Positions 8,857 through 18,158 of a stretch of DNA of 64,000 bases are shown one piece after another. Both the position numbers and the translations under genes were made by a program. Origin of the DNA: Oceanispirochaeta sp. (GTDB lineage Bacteria > Spirochaetota > Spirochaetia > DSM-2461); the NCBI GenBank assembly GCA_963666275.2, contig CAXXOA010000001.1, positions 1,888,001-1,952,000 on the forward strand. Direction: 5' to 3'. Every line of letters starts with the position of its first letter. Position 1 is the first letter of the stretch. The notes under the pieces are model-generated. The model saw only the letters and a list, made by a program, of their open reading frames with translations. It did no database searches and had not been told where the DNA came from.

Positions 8857-10598
8857 GGGGTTTCCTCATTTTCCAGGGATTGAAGGACTGCAATTTTTCT
8901 GTAGAGCCCCTCTTCTTTCAGCAGTTCCTCGTGACTTCCGAACTGACCTATCTGCCCCTTGTCGAGGACCAGAATTTTATCGGAAACCTGCAGGGTTGAG
9001 ACCCTGTGGGATATCAGGATATTTGTTTTTCCCTTCCTGATCTTCATCATCTCATGAAGGATATACTCTTCGGTTTTTGTATCCACAGCGGACAGGGCGT
9101 CATCAAGGATCAGAATCTGCGGATCCGCCAGCAGAGCCCTTGCCAGGGCTATACGCTGCTTCTGACCTCCCGAAAGTGTAATTCCCCGTTCTCCCACCAT
9201 GGTTTCCAGTCCCTTGGGAAAGTTCTTCAGGTCCCTTTCCAGGGTAGATATTCGTATAACCCTTTCAAGATCCTCCTGAGGAGCATCCTCCCGGGAAAAA
9301 AGTATATTCTCCCTGATAGTACGGGAAAAGAGAATCGTTTCCTGAGGAACCATGGAGATGGCGGCCCGAAGCTGGGATAGTTTCAGTTCATGAATGGGGA
9401 TATTGTTGTACCAGAGGGTTCCCTGTTCCGATTCAAGAAGCCGGGGAAGCAGTCTTATCAGTGTTGTCTTGCCGCTGCCGGTTCTACCCAGGATACCCAA
9501 TGTTTCACCGGCATTGAGATCAAGATTAAAATCTTTTATAACCTGAACCTTTTTACCGTTGTCAAAACTGTAATTCAGATTTCTCAGAGATAATGTCTTC
9601 AGCTCGGGGACATCCCCCGGTTCATCTATATTGACGATGTCAGGTTTTTCCTTCAGGACCTCATTGATCCTCATCAGAGAAGCGCCCCCCCGCTGTATCA
9701 GATTGATGGTAAACCCAGCTCCCATCATTGGCCATGTGAGCATTCCCAGATAGGAGAGAACGGCTACAAAATCACCGGGAGCGAGAGTTCCCAGGACAAC
9801 CTGCTTTCCCCCGAAATAGAGCAGCAGTGAGACTGTAACTCCCGAGAGAAACATGACAATGGGAAAGATCCCTCCCCAGATCTTTGTAAGAGACATATTG
9901 GCTTCCCAGTAGTCAGTATTGTCTTTATCGAACTGTTCAAGAAAATGATCTTCCTTACGGAAGGTTTTGATAACTCTTATACCGCTTAATAGTTCCTGAA
10001 CCCGTTCGCTTATGGAAGAATAGCTGTCCTGTACCCGTTTGAACCTCTTCCCGAGGAGACGTCCTGTAGACATGACAATCAGATTGATAAAAGGGAGTGG
10101 GATGATGACGATCAGTGTCAGTTTTGTGTAATTGATCAGCAGAATGGCAAGGATCGCCAGAGCCATGAAAAGTCCGTCTGTAAAAGCCACAAAGGCCATG
10201 CCGCTTGCCATGCGGACTGCTTTCATATCATTGGTCATCCGGGCCATGAGATCACCGGTTTTTCTTTTTCCGTAAAAAGAGGAGCTCAATGTCAGAAGAT
10301 GATAGAAAATCTTTTCTCTCAGTTCTGTTTCAATCCTCCGGGAAGCCCCGTGAAGAAAAAATCTCCAGAAAAAACGTCCGATGGATATAATAAGAGCCAC
10401 AACAACCATCTGGATCATAAGACTGGCAATGAGGCTGGATTCAAAAGCCCCGTTTGACAGACTGTTTATTGCCTTTCTTATAAACTGGGGAAGATACAAT
10501 TGTCCGGCATCGGTGATAATTAAAAAAATGATCCCGAAAATATATTTGAATTTATATTTTCTGAAGTAGGGCAGCAGGGTACGGTATTCTTTCAGCAT
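8853..10598 (-). CDS. ABC exporter, fused permease/ATPase (heterodimer subunit with degenerate site)
   Basis: GRTGSGKT, LSGGQKQR and ILDDALSAVD motifs. Likely start MLKEYR at 10598 (track starts at 10634). 4-bp overlap with the partner gene. Confidence 0.9.
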   Translation of the reverse strand: MLKEYRTLLPYFRKYKFKYIFGIIFLIITDAGQLYLPQFIRKAINSLSNGAFESSLIASLMIQMVVVALIISIGRFFWRFFLHGASRRIETELREKIFYHLLTLSSSFYGKRKTGDLMARMTNDMKAVRMASGMAFVAFTDGLFMALAILAILLINYTKLTLIVIIPLPFINLIVMSTGRLLGKRFKRVQDSYSSISERVQELLSGIRVIKTFRKEDHFLEQFDKDNTDYWEANMSLTKIWGGIFPIVMFLSGVTVSLLLYFGGKQVVLGTLAPGDFVAVLSYLGMLTWPMMGAGFTINLIQRGGASLMRINEVLKEKPDIVNIDEPGDVPELKTLSLRNLNYSFDNGKKVQVIKDFNLDLNAGETLGILGRTGSGKTTLIRLLPRLLESEQGTLWYNNIPIHELKLSQLRAAISMVPQETILFSRTIRENILFSREDAPQEDLERVIRISTLERDLKNFPKGLETMVGERGITLSGGQKQRIALARALLADPQILILDDALSAVDTKTEEYILHEMMKIRKGKTNILISHRVSTLQVSDKILVLDKGQIGQFGSHEELLKEEGLYRKIAVLQSLENEETP

Positions 10599-10683
10599 AT
10601 TTTTCAAGATACCAAAAATTGGTGAATAAGTCACAGATTCCCTCTAATTTTTTAAAGAAAGAGAGAGGGATCCGGATGGTCAG

Positions 10684-10723
10684 ATTTAAAAAATACCGGC
10701 AGAATTTATATATTTCTGCCGGT
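10684..10723 (-). terminator. Terminator-like hairpin, probably the native terminator of the amino-acid ABC operon before IS insertion
   Basis: 10-bp stem ACCGGCAGAA/TTCTGCCGGT (10695-10723) followed by ATTTTTT on the minus strand. Confidence 0.55.
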
Positions 10724-10919
10724 TGAAAAGAGATCACTATTCAATGATTTCCCAGTATCTGAAATTTAAGGGGCTGTTGCAAAAGTCTGAAAAGACTTTA
10801 GTAGCAGCCTTTTTCTTTTTTGAATGAATCGAACAAAGCATTTAGACTGCAAAAAGGGGCCGCAAAGCGACCCCAGCGTGCTACAATTTGTTTAACCACA
10901 AACAAATAAAAAGGAGCAC

Positions 10920-11960
10920 GTGGTGAATCTTACAGCATTTTCCCAACATAGACAATTATTTCTTGATTTAAACATCTCAATCCCCTTTGAAGTAACAGAA
11001 CATGAAGCAGCACTTATGATTCTGTTGCAAAACCTAGATTACAGCCAGTTTGAACAACCAAAGCAGAAATCAGGACGTCCACGAGCTGTCAATTCATACA
11101 CAATGATGCTGATTCTTCTGTATGCCAGGATTCATGGCAGGTTTAGTTCGCGAGATGTAGAACGTTTATGCAAACGAGACCTTTTCCTTTTGCAAATCTT
11201 AGGTAATCAGAAAGTCCCAGACCATACGACGTTTGACCGTTTTGTTCATACCCATGAGAAAGCCATTGATGAACTATTTTTTCAGATAGTCGTTCGTCTG
11301 GATGCATTGGGAGAGCTTAAGAAAGATGTTGTCTATCAAGATGGCACTAAAATAGAGTCAAAAGCTGGTCGATATAGTTTTGTCTGGAAGAAAGCGACTA
11401 AAAAGAATCTGGAGAAACTCCATAACCATATCCGGAATTTGATTACTGAAGTTAATGATATTTTCTCCTGGCACTTGGATCCAGGAGATTATCACACCTC
11501 ATTGAAAATCCTCATAGAGAAGCTTGTTGCAACAGGAGAGCCTCTTTTCCCGAAGACAACAGGTCGAGGCCACCGAATCACGAGAGTTCAGAAATTCTAT
11601 CGAGATGCTCTTGTTTTCCTGGAGAAACTGGAAAAGTACAATGAATACCTGACTGCCATGAAGGGTAGGAACAGCATGAGTAAAACTGATCCTGATGCCA
11701 CGTTTATGCGAATGAAAGAGGACTATATGAGGAACGGGCAGCTGAAACCAGCTTACAACCTTCAAGTACTAGTTGATAGCGGATATGTTGTCGGAGCTCA
11801 CGCCAGTGACGATCGCACTGACTATGTAACCATGTGTCCTGCACTGGATCATATGCATGAACATCTGCCCTGGACATATTCAAAATACTGTGCGGACAGC
11901 GGATACGACTGTCAACAAAACTATGAGGCTCTGGAAAAACAGAATATAGAGGCTTTCATC
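10920..11960 (+). pseudogene. IS1182 transposase, 5' part (disrupted)
   Basis: GRP, SSRDVE, PDHTTF, DGTKIE, SKTDPDATFMRMKEDYMRNGQLKPAYNLQ and ADSGY motifs. The frame runs into the IS66 IRL at 11961. Confidence 0.9.
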
Positions 11961-12030
11961 GTAAGCGTCAAATAAACCGCATCTAATAATTTTGAAGACC
12001 TCCCAGTACAATCTCACAAGGAGGTCTTCC

Positions 12031-12333
12031 TTGAAACAATATAAAATGGATCAGCGCCATGCTCTTCTGGCAGAATGGGAACTGTCTGGCAAATCAGTAA
12101 ATCAATTCTGCCGGGATAAAAACCTGAAAGCAACAACATTCCACGGATGGAGGAAGCGATACAAACGGAAACCTCAACCTTTGGTTGAAATTCCTGTAAA
12201 ACTGCCCAGGGAAACATCCATAGGCTCATCCATTGAATTGCAATGGAAATCCTACCGGATAAAACTGGACCGGGATTTTGATACAATCACATTAAAGAAA
12301 CTGCTTCAGACCCTGGAAGAGTGCAATGATTAA
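12031..12333 (+). CDS. tnpA: IS66 accessory protein TnpA (HTH)
   Basis: W..SGKSVNQFC......TFHGWRKR HTH motif. AAGGAGG SD precedes TTG 12031. Confidence 0.85.
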   Translation: MKQYKMDQRHALLAEWELSGKSVNQFCRDKNLKATTFHGWRKRYKRKPQPLVEIPVKLPRETSIGSSIELQWKSYRIKLDRDFDTITLKKLLQTLEECND

Positions 12334-12673
12334 GGATTTCTCCCAGGTCAAAATATTTATCCGCCCCGGTGTTACGGATATGCGGAAAGCCATAAACGGT
12401 TTGGCTGTAGAAGTTCAGGATGAAATGTCTCTTGATCCCTTTTGCGGCTCTCTCTTCATGTTCTGTAATAAACAGAGACGGATTCTGAAGGCCCTCTATT
12501 GGGACCAGACAGGGTTCTGCCTCTGGCAGAAACGTCTAGAGAAGCACCGTTTTCCCTGGCCGGATACGGAAGAAGCTGCTAAAGCCATCAGCTTTGAAGA
12601 ACTCTCTATGCTTTTGAAGGGTATAGATTTCTGGAGGGCTCATAAATCATTGAAATATTCAGAAATTGCCTGA
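12326..12673 (+). CDS. tnpB: IS66 accessory protein TnpB
   Basis: TDMRKAINGL, LFMFCNK and LYWDQTGFCLWQKRLEK.RFPWP motifs. Confidence 0.95.
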   Translation: MIKDFSQVKIFIRPGVTDMRKAINGLAVEVQDEMSLDPFCGSLFMFCNKQRRILKALYWDQTGFCLWQKRLEKHRFPWPDTEEAAKAISFEELSMLLKGIDFWRAHKSLKYSEIA

Positions 12674-12714
12674 AAGGAATTTACTCAAATTCCAGACTTT
12701 GCTAAAATTCTTTT

Positions 12715-14286
12715 ATGGATATTGCCTCTCTTCCTTTGGAAGCACAAAGAGAATTCCTTTTGCTGAAACAGCAACTCGCTGAATCAAAAGCCCAGAACCA
12801 GAACTGGGAAAAGAAGTATCAGCTTCTTGAAGAGAAACTGGCTTTGGCCCTGCATCGGCAATTTGGCAGAAGAGCAGAAAATATTCCTGATCAGATTGAA
12901 TTGTTTGATACTGAAGAATCTGTGACTCCAGAGGAAGACAGTTCAGAAGAACAGGAAATATCCACCTACAAACGTAAAAAAACAGGCAGAAAGCCTCTGG
13001 ATGAGAACCTTCCCCGTAAAGAACGGATTATTGATATTTCTGAAGATGAGAAAATCTGTGCCTGCGGTATGGAACTGAAGAAGATCGGAGAAGAAATCTC
13101 TGAGAAACTGCATGTGATCCCTCCCCGTATCTGGGTAGAGCGGATTATCCGGTTTAAATATGCCTGTGGTAATTGTGAAGGAACCGCCGATGAAGATGTT
13201 CCTGCTGTAAAGATTGCCCCTCCGGAGCCTTCCATCATCCCCAAAGGGATTGTCACTCCCGGTCTGTTGGCATTTCTGATGATAAACAAGTACGTGGACC
13301 ATCTTCCTTTTTACCGACAGGAAAAACGGTTTGAGCGTATGGGAGCCCGGATTAGCCGTCAGAATATGAGTAATTGGCAGAAAAAGGCTTACGAAGCCCT
13401 TCTCCCTCTCTTTGAACTGCTGAAAACACACATAAAATCCGGTCCAGTGCTCCAAATGGATGAAACAACCGTCCAGGTTCTGAATGAACCAGGTCGGGAT
13501 AACAAACAAAAATCCTATATGTGGCTGGCCAGAGGCGGTCCTCCGGGACAACAAGCTGTTTATTATGAGTACCATCCGACACGGGCATCGGAATATGCGA
13601 AGAATTTTCTCACTGGTTTTAAAGGGTATCTGCAAACCGATGGATATCAAGGATACAAAACCGCGGTAGAAGGCAATCCCGATATACATCTGGTAGGCTG
13701 CTTTGCTCATGCCAGAAGGAAGTTCATTGAGGCTGATAAAGCCAGTAAGAAATCTAAAAGTGCTCTGGAAGGAATCAAACATATCAAGAAGCTCTATGCC
13801 TTGGAAAATGATCTAAGGAGTAGGAAATTGTCTCCTGAAGATTTCCTGGAACAACGGAAAAGCAAGGCTGAACCCATTCTTGATGCATTTAAACAGTGGT
13901 TGGATAAAAGGGCTGAAAATGTTTTACCGGAAAGTGCTTTGGGAAAAGCGGTTCACTATGCATTGAATCAATGGGATTATTTGATTCGATATCTGGAAAG
14001 CCCCTATCTGACTCCGGATAATAATGCCAGTGAAAATGCTATTCGTCCTTTTGTTCTGGGGAGGAAAAACTGGCTATTTTCCGGGAATCCCAAAGGGGCA
14101 GACAGTTCCTGCGGGATGTATTCTCTGATTGAGACTGCAAAACAAAATAATTTGAATCCCTTTGATTATCTGCATTATGTTTTCTCTAAAGCTCCGCTCA
14201 TCAATAATGAACAAGAATGGGAAGAATTATTACCATGGAATTTAAAAGATAACATTACGGCTGATAAAGGGCCTGTGTTTATTTGA
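12715..14286 (+). CDS. tnpC: IS66 DDE transposase TnpC
   Basis: Coiled-coil N-terminus, Cys-rich zinc-finger region, KYVDHLPFYRQ, DETT, TDGY, CFAHARRKF, DNNASENAIRP..LGRKNWLF and LLPW. The stop codon lies in the IRR. Confidence 0.96.
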   Translation: MDIASLPLEAQREFLLLKQQLAESKAQNQNWEKKYQLLEEKLALALHRQFGRRAENIPDQIELFDTEESVTPEEDSSEEQEISTYKRKKTGRKPLDENLPRKERIIDISEDEKICACGMELKKIGEEISEKLHVIPPRIWVERIIRFKYACGNCEGTADEDVPAVKIAPPEPSIIPKGIVTPGLLAFLMINKYVDHLPFYRQEKRFERMGARISRQNMSNWQKKAYEALLPLFELLKTHIKSGPVLQMDETTVQVLNEPGRDNKQKSYMWLARGGPPGQQAVYYEYHPTRASEYAKNFLTGFKGYLQTDGYQGYKTAVEGNPDIHLVGCFAHARRKFIEADKASKKSKSALEGIKHIKKLYALENDLRSRKLSPEDFLEQRKSKAEPILDAFKQWLDKRAENVLPESALGKAVHYALNQWDYLIRYLESPYLTPDNNASENAIRPFVLGRKNWLFSGNPKGADSSCGMYSLIETAKQNNLNPFDYLHYVFSKAPLINNEQEWEELLPWNLKDNITADKGPVFI

Positions 14287-14301
14287 CGCTTACCTTTCAT
14301 C

Positions 14302-14850
14302 AAGCCCCAGTTACACGAGCAATCAAAGAAACGAAAATTCAAAAAGGATATCGGAAAGAAAGAAAACATGATTTATGATCCTTCAACCGATCATTTCATT
14401 TGTGCGAAGGGAAAGAAGCTAAAACTGAAATATGTTCGATCCAGGAAGAATCAATACGGTTATGAAACGACAACACATACATATCGTTGTGAAAGAGGGT
14501 GTAAGAGCTGCTCTCTCCGTTCTTCCTGTATAAAACGAAGTAAGGCAGACTATAAACAGGTACAGATCAACCACAAGCTGTCATCTTATCAAAGAAGAGC
14601 TACTGCTTTGATATCCAGTCCGGAAGGTAAAGAAATCCGTGTTAATAGAAGTATTCAGGCAGAAGGAGTATTTGCTCAGATCAAAGCCAACTGGTCATTC
14701 AGGAGATTTTTACGGGCAGGAAAAACAGGTATCTATACAGAATGGCTATTAGTTTGTCTGGCTATGAATGCTGTTCATTTGGGAAATAGATTATCCCGAG
14801 ATGAAGTTGGTAATCCCTTCTATTATCAGATAAAGGATGAATCAGCATAG
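14302..14850 (+). pseudogene. IS1182 transposase, 3' part
   Basis: Continues in frame after the TSD: KPQLHEQSKKRKFKKDIGKKENMIYD...C..C.LRSSC...RSIQAEGVFAQIK...FRRF. Confidence 0.9.
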
Positions 14851-15063
14851 CTCTAAATCCATTTTTTAATAGATAATGTATAGTCTCAGGTGCATCACAT
14901 AGGATAAGTGTCAGTAAATTACTAAACAAAATGGGAAATTATCAGAATTTTTATTACCAGAACAGAAGTTGTGATCTAAATAGTGATCAAAATAAAAAGA
15001 ATTTGATTAATGAAAAAAAGAGGCTGTCGCATTTTTACTTTTGCAACAGCCCCATACTCAGTT

Positions 15064-15849
15064 TTATAATACATTTTTAAGGAAATTCTTTGTCTTTTCA
15101 TGCTTGGGGTTTTCAAAGAGTTCCTTTGGATTCCCTTCTTCCAGAATCATCCCATCTGCCATGAAGACAACTCTATCGGCTACCTCTCTGGCAAATCCCA
15201 TTTCATGGGTAACACATATCATGGTCATACCATTCGTGGCCAGGTCGCGCATTACCGCAAGAACTTCTCCAACCAGCTCGGGATCCAGAGCACTGGTAGG
15301 TTCATCAAAAAGCATGATTTCCGGCTCCATAGCCAACGCTCTTGCTATGGCCACACGCTGCTGCTGACCTCCAGAAAGTTTACTGGGATAGACATCAGTC
15401 TTATCCGATAAACCGACACGATCGATCAGTTTGCTGGCGATGGCAACGGCTTCGGATCGCGACTTTTTCCGGATAATAACCGGAGCCAGGGTCAGATTTT
15501 CAAGAACCGTTTTATGGGGAAACAGATTGAACCGCTGGAATACCATTCCCATTTCAAGGAGCATGGCTTTCTGTTGATCCGCCGGAACCCTATGAACGGT
15601 CCTGTTATGTTTTCTATCCAGGAAAAGCTTGTCTTCTACAAAGATCTTTCCGCTGGTGATATCCTCAAGATGAATCAGTGAACGGAGATAGGTCGACTTA
15701 CCTGCTCCCGAAGGACCGATTATACAGATGACCTCACCTTTTTTAACCGCAAGATCCACGTCCTTGAGAACTTCCAGATGCCCGAAGGATTTGCAGAGCT
15801 TTTCAGTTCTGATGAGATACTCATATTCATGTTCTTTATCTTTATTCAT
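15064..15849 (-). CDS. Polar amino-acid ABC transporter ATP-binding protein (GlnQ-like)
   Basis: [37 protein letters not shown] and VTHEMGFA motifs. Confidence 0.95.
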   Translation of the reverse strand: MNKDKEHEYEYLIRTEKLCKSFGHLEVLKDVDLAVKKGEVICIIGPSGAGKSTYLRSLIHLEDITSGKIFVEDKLFLDRKHNRTVHRVPADQQKAMLLEMGMVFQRFNLFPHKTVLENLTLAPVIIRKKSRSEAVAIASKLIDRVGLSDKTDVYPSKLSGGQQQRVAIARALAMEPEIMLFDEPTSALDPELVGEVLAVMRDLATNGMTMICVTHEMGFAREVADRVVFMADGMILEEGNPKELFENPKHEKTKNFLKNVL

Positions 15850-16885
15850 AAATCGATAACCTCTCTTCCATCTTTCCGAATAACCAGGTGAAAATTGCGG
15901 TTACAATCAGGTAGATCACGAGAGCCGGCAGAAATACAAGATAGCTGCCTTCGCTGGTCATAATTGTTTTGGATATGGTCGTGATGTCCATGAGAGAGAT
16001 GGCAAAAACCAGCGAAACATCCTTGATCATCATAATGAATTCATTACAAAGAGGGGGAATCATTCTACGGGTGGCCTGAGGAATGACAATATGGATCATC
16101 GTCTGGGCATACCCTAAACCGAGAGTTTTCGAGGCTTCGTGCTGCCCTTTGTCTATGGACTGGATAGCCGCACGGACGATTTCCGCACAATAGGCCGCCG
16201 AGTTGAGGGAAAAGGCGATAAGCGCAGCCAGAAAAGCACCCTTATACACCGCTTCGGGATCTCCCAGATCGAAAAGCCCTCTCCAGGAGAAACCGAAAAT
16301 CCCCGGTATGGAAAAATAGACAACAAACAGCTGAATCAGCAAGGGTGTTCCCCGGAAGAAAAAGATATAGGCACTGCTGAGTTTGCTGATTATTACATTT
16401 GACGATATTTTTCCCAGGGCCAGGAAGATACTGAATATAAAGCCGATGATAATGGATGTTGTCGTCAGCAGCAGGGTCAGTTTAACACCGTGCAGAAGAT
16501 TCTGCTTGATCCCCAGCATACGATAGGTGTAGTTGACCATTTGACCTGTAAACTTACCGAAACCTTCATCCGATTGGAAGATTGCTCCACCGAAACCGAC
16601 ATAGGACTCCTGGAACGCATTGGCACCTGAAGTAGAAAAGGAGAGGTAACTGATAACCTTCAAATCGTTGTAGGTTATGGTAAGCCGCTTTCTGGAACTG
16701 TCCTTCTCATCCTCAATCATCTGCTTCACCTCAGAGGATGCATGATCCATTATCTGAGACTCTGAAACATTGAGTATGGAAAGAACAATAATCAAAAAAA
16801 CAACTGCCAATACAAATATGGCAGTTGTTTTTGAAGATTGTTTCCAGTCCCTAATATTTATTAGTTTATTGAAAAAATCTTTCAT
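15842..16885 (-). CDS. Polar amino-acid ABC transporter permease with N-terminal extension
   Basis: [34 protein letters not shown] and IPQA motifs. Confidence 0.93.
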   Translation of the reverse strand: MKDFFNKLINIRDWKQSSKTTAIFVLAVVFLIIVLSILNVSESQIMDHASSEVKQMIEDEKDSSRKRLTITYNDLKVISYLSFSTSGANAFQESYVGFGGAIFQSDEGFGKFTGQMVNYTYRMLGIKQNLLHGVKLTLLLTTTSIIIGFIFSIFLALGKISSNVIISKLSSAYIFFFRGTPLLIQLFVVYFSIPGIFGFSWRGLFDLGDPEAVYKGAFLAALIAFSLNSAAYCAEIVRAAIQSIDKGQHEASKTLGLGYAQTMIHIVIPQATRRMIPPLCNEFIMMIKDVSLVFAISLMDITTISKTIMTSEGSYLVFLPALVIYLIVTAIFTWLFGKMEERLSIYE

Positions 16886-16896
16886 GAAAACCTTTA

Positions 16897-17691
16897 TCAG
16901 GCACCAAACCAGTATTCAGTGCTCTCTTTGAAAAATCCTTCTTCCTTCAACTCAGCGATGGCTTCGTTGATGGCAGTCTGAAGAGCAGTGTTACCTTTTG
17001 TCATAGCCACGCCGAACTGTTCCGCTTCGCTTTTGTCAAGGTAGGCTATTTTGTATTTATCGGGATATTTCCCAACCTGTCCGTCTGCAACAGTTGAGTC
17101 AACAACTACTGCGTCAATTTCCTGATTGTCCAGCTGTGTAAAACAGGTAATAATTTTTTCGTTCTGTGCAACAGTGCTTGTCAGAGAACCGGTGGAAATA
17201 TAATCAGAAATCAGAATATCAGAAGTTGTTTCCTTCTGTACTGCCAGGGCCATACCTTCCAGATCCAGGAAGCTGTTGATTTCTTTGTCTGAATCTGTTC
17301 TGACAACAACAGCCTGGTAGTTATCAATATAAGGATCAGAGAAGTCCATAGTTTCTTTTCTTTCTTCAGTGATGGTTACCGCAGAGATTACAGCGTCATA
17401 GTTTACGCCGATACCCTGGAAGATACCGTCCCATGCTGTGTTGATAAATACAACTTCCACACCCAGTTTTTCGCCAAGAGCTTTGGCAAAGTCAATGTCG
17501 TAACCAACGGGAGTGACTCCATCATTGGCAAAGTCTTCGAAAGGAGGGTATCCAATTTCAACTCCAATAGAAAGGGTTCCCGCCTGCATCAGGTTGAGGG
17601 CTGATGCTTCTTCTTTTTCCTGAGAACCGCTAGCGAACATTGAACCAAGAGTAACAATGCAAAATAATGCGGCAAGAATGCTCTTCTTCAT
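16897..17691 (-). CDS. Polar amino-acid ABC transporter substrate-binding protein (family 3)
   Basis: Signal peptide plus YPPFE, GYDIDFA and AVTITEERK..MDFSDPY motifs. Confidence 0.93.
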   Translation of the reverse strand: MKKSILAALFCIVTLGSMFASGSQEKEEASALNLMQAGTLSIGVEIGYPPFEDFANDGVTPVGYDIDFAKALGEKLGVEVVFINTAWDGIFQGIGVNYDAVISAVTITEERKETMDFSDPYIDNYQAVVVRTDSDKEINSFLDLEGMALAVQKETTSDILISDYISTGSLTSTVAQNEKIITCFTQLDNQEIDAVVVDSTVADGQVGKYPDKYKIAYLDKSEAEQFGVAMTKGNTALQTAINEAIAELKEEGFFKESTEYWFGA

Positions 17692-18158
17692 AATTTAAAC
17701 TCCTAATTTTTTGGTTTATCGTATAATTGTTAATATTTATACCAGTAAAAAATAAAATTGAGTAGATAGTTAACAGATAGAAAATTTAATAATTCCAGAT
17801 GGTAAAAACACTCATCTTCAAAAAGCAAGTAACTGTATAACAATAAATTATTTTACTCTTAAAAAAGGATAAAATATAGTTTTTTTTAAAGGAAAAAAAA
17901 CTAATTTTTTTTAAAGGCTTCGCTTATCATACCTTTTTGTAGGACTCGGACCAATTATCTCCCGTCTGAATAGAATAATTATACTCTTCACTGTACTGTC
18001 AATACCAAAGACACGGCAAGGAAACTTAAAGAGCCTTTTTTAAAGAGATTTAACTTGTCTGACCTGTTGAAACAGAGAGGGAAATCATGCTAGGGTGAGC
18101 CGCATCAACAGTGTCGAATGGAAGATACAAATCTCCCTTCAGGAGGACCCCATCTCAG

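Larger units (their letters stand above)
11961..14293 (+). mobile_element. IS66-family insertion sequence, 2333 bp, apparently intact
   Basis: Perfect 17-bp IRs GTAAGCGTCAAATAAAC and GTTTATTTGACGCTTAC. 8-bp TSD CTTTCATC at 11953-11960 and 14294-14301. tnpA-tnpB-tnpC gene order. Confidence 0.97.
10770..15053 (+). mobile_element. IS1182-family insertion sequence (1943 bp when reconstructed), interrupted by an IS66 element
   Basis: Perfect 17-bp terminal IRs GGGGCTGTTGCAAAAGT (10770-10786) and ACTTTTGCAACAGCCCC (15037-15053) enclosing a split DDE transposase. No TSD visible. Confidence 0.9.

Noticed and set aside
12326..12673. IS66 TnpB as an RNA-guided TnpB nuclease
   Set aside because: Same name only. 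This is the 115-aa IS66 accessory protein, with no RuvC motifs.
10755..15070. Target-site duplication for the IS1182 element
   Set aside because: The flanks (...GAAATTTAA and ATACTCAG...) share no direct repeat, so none is claimed.
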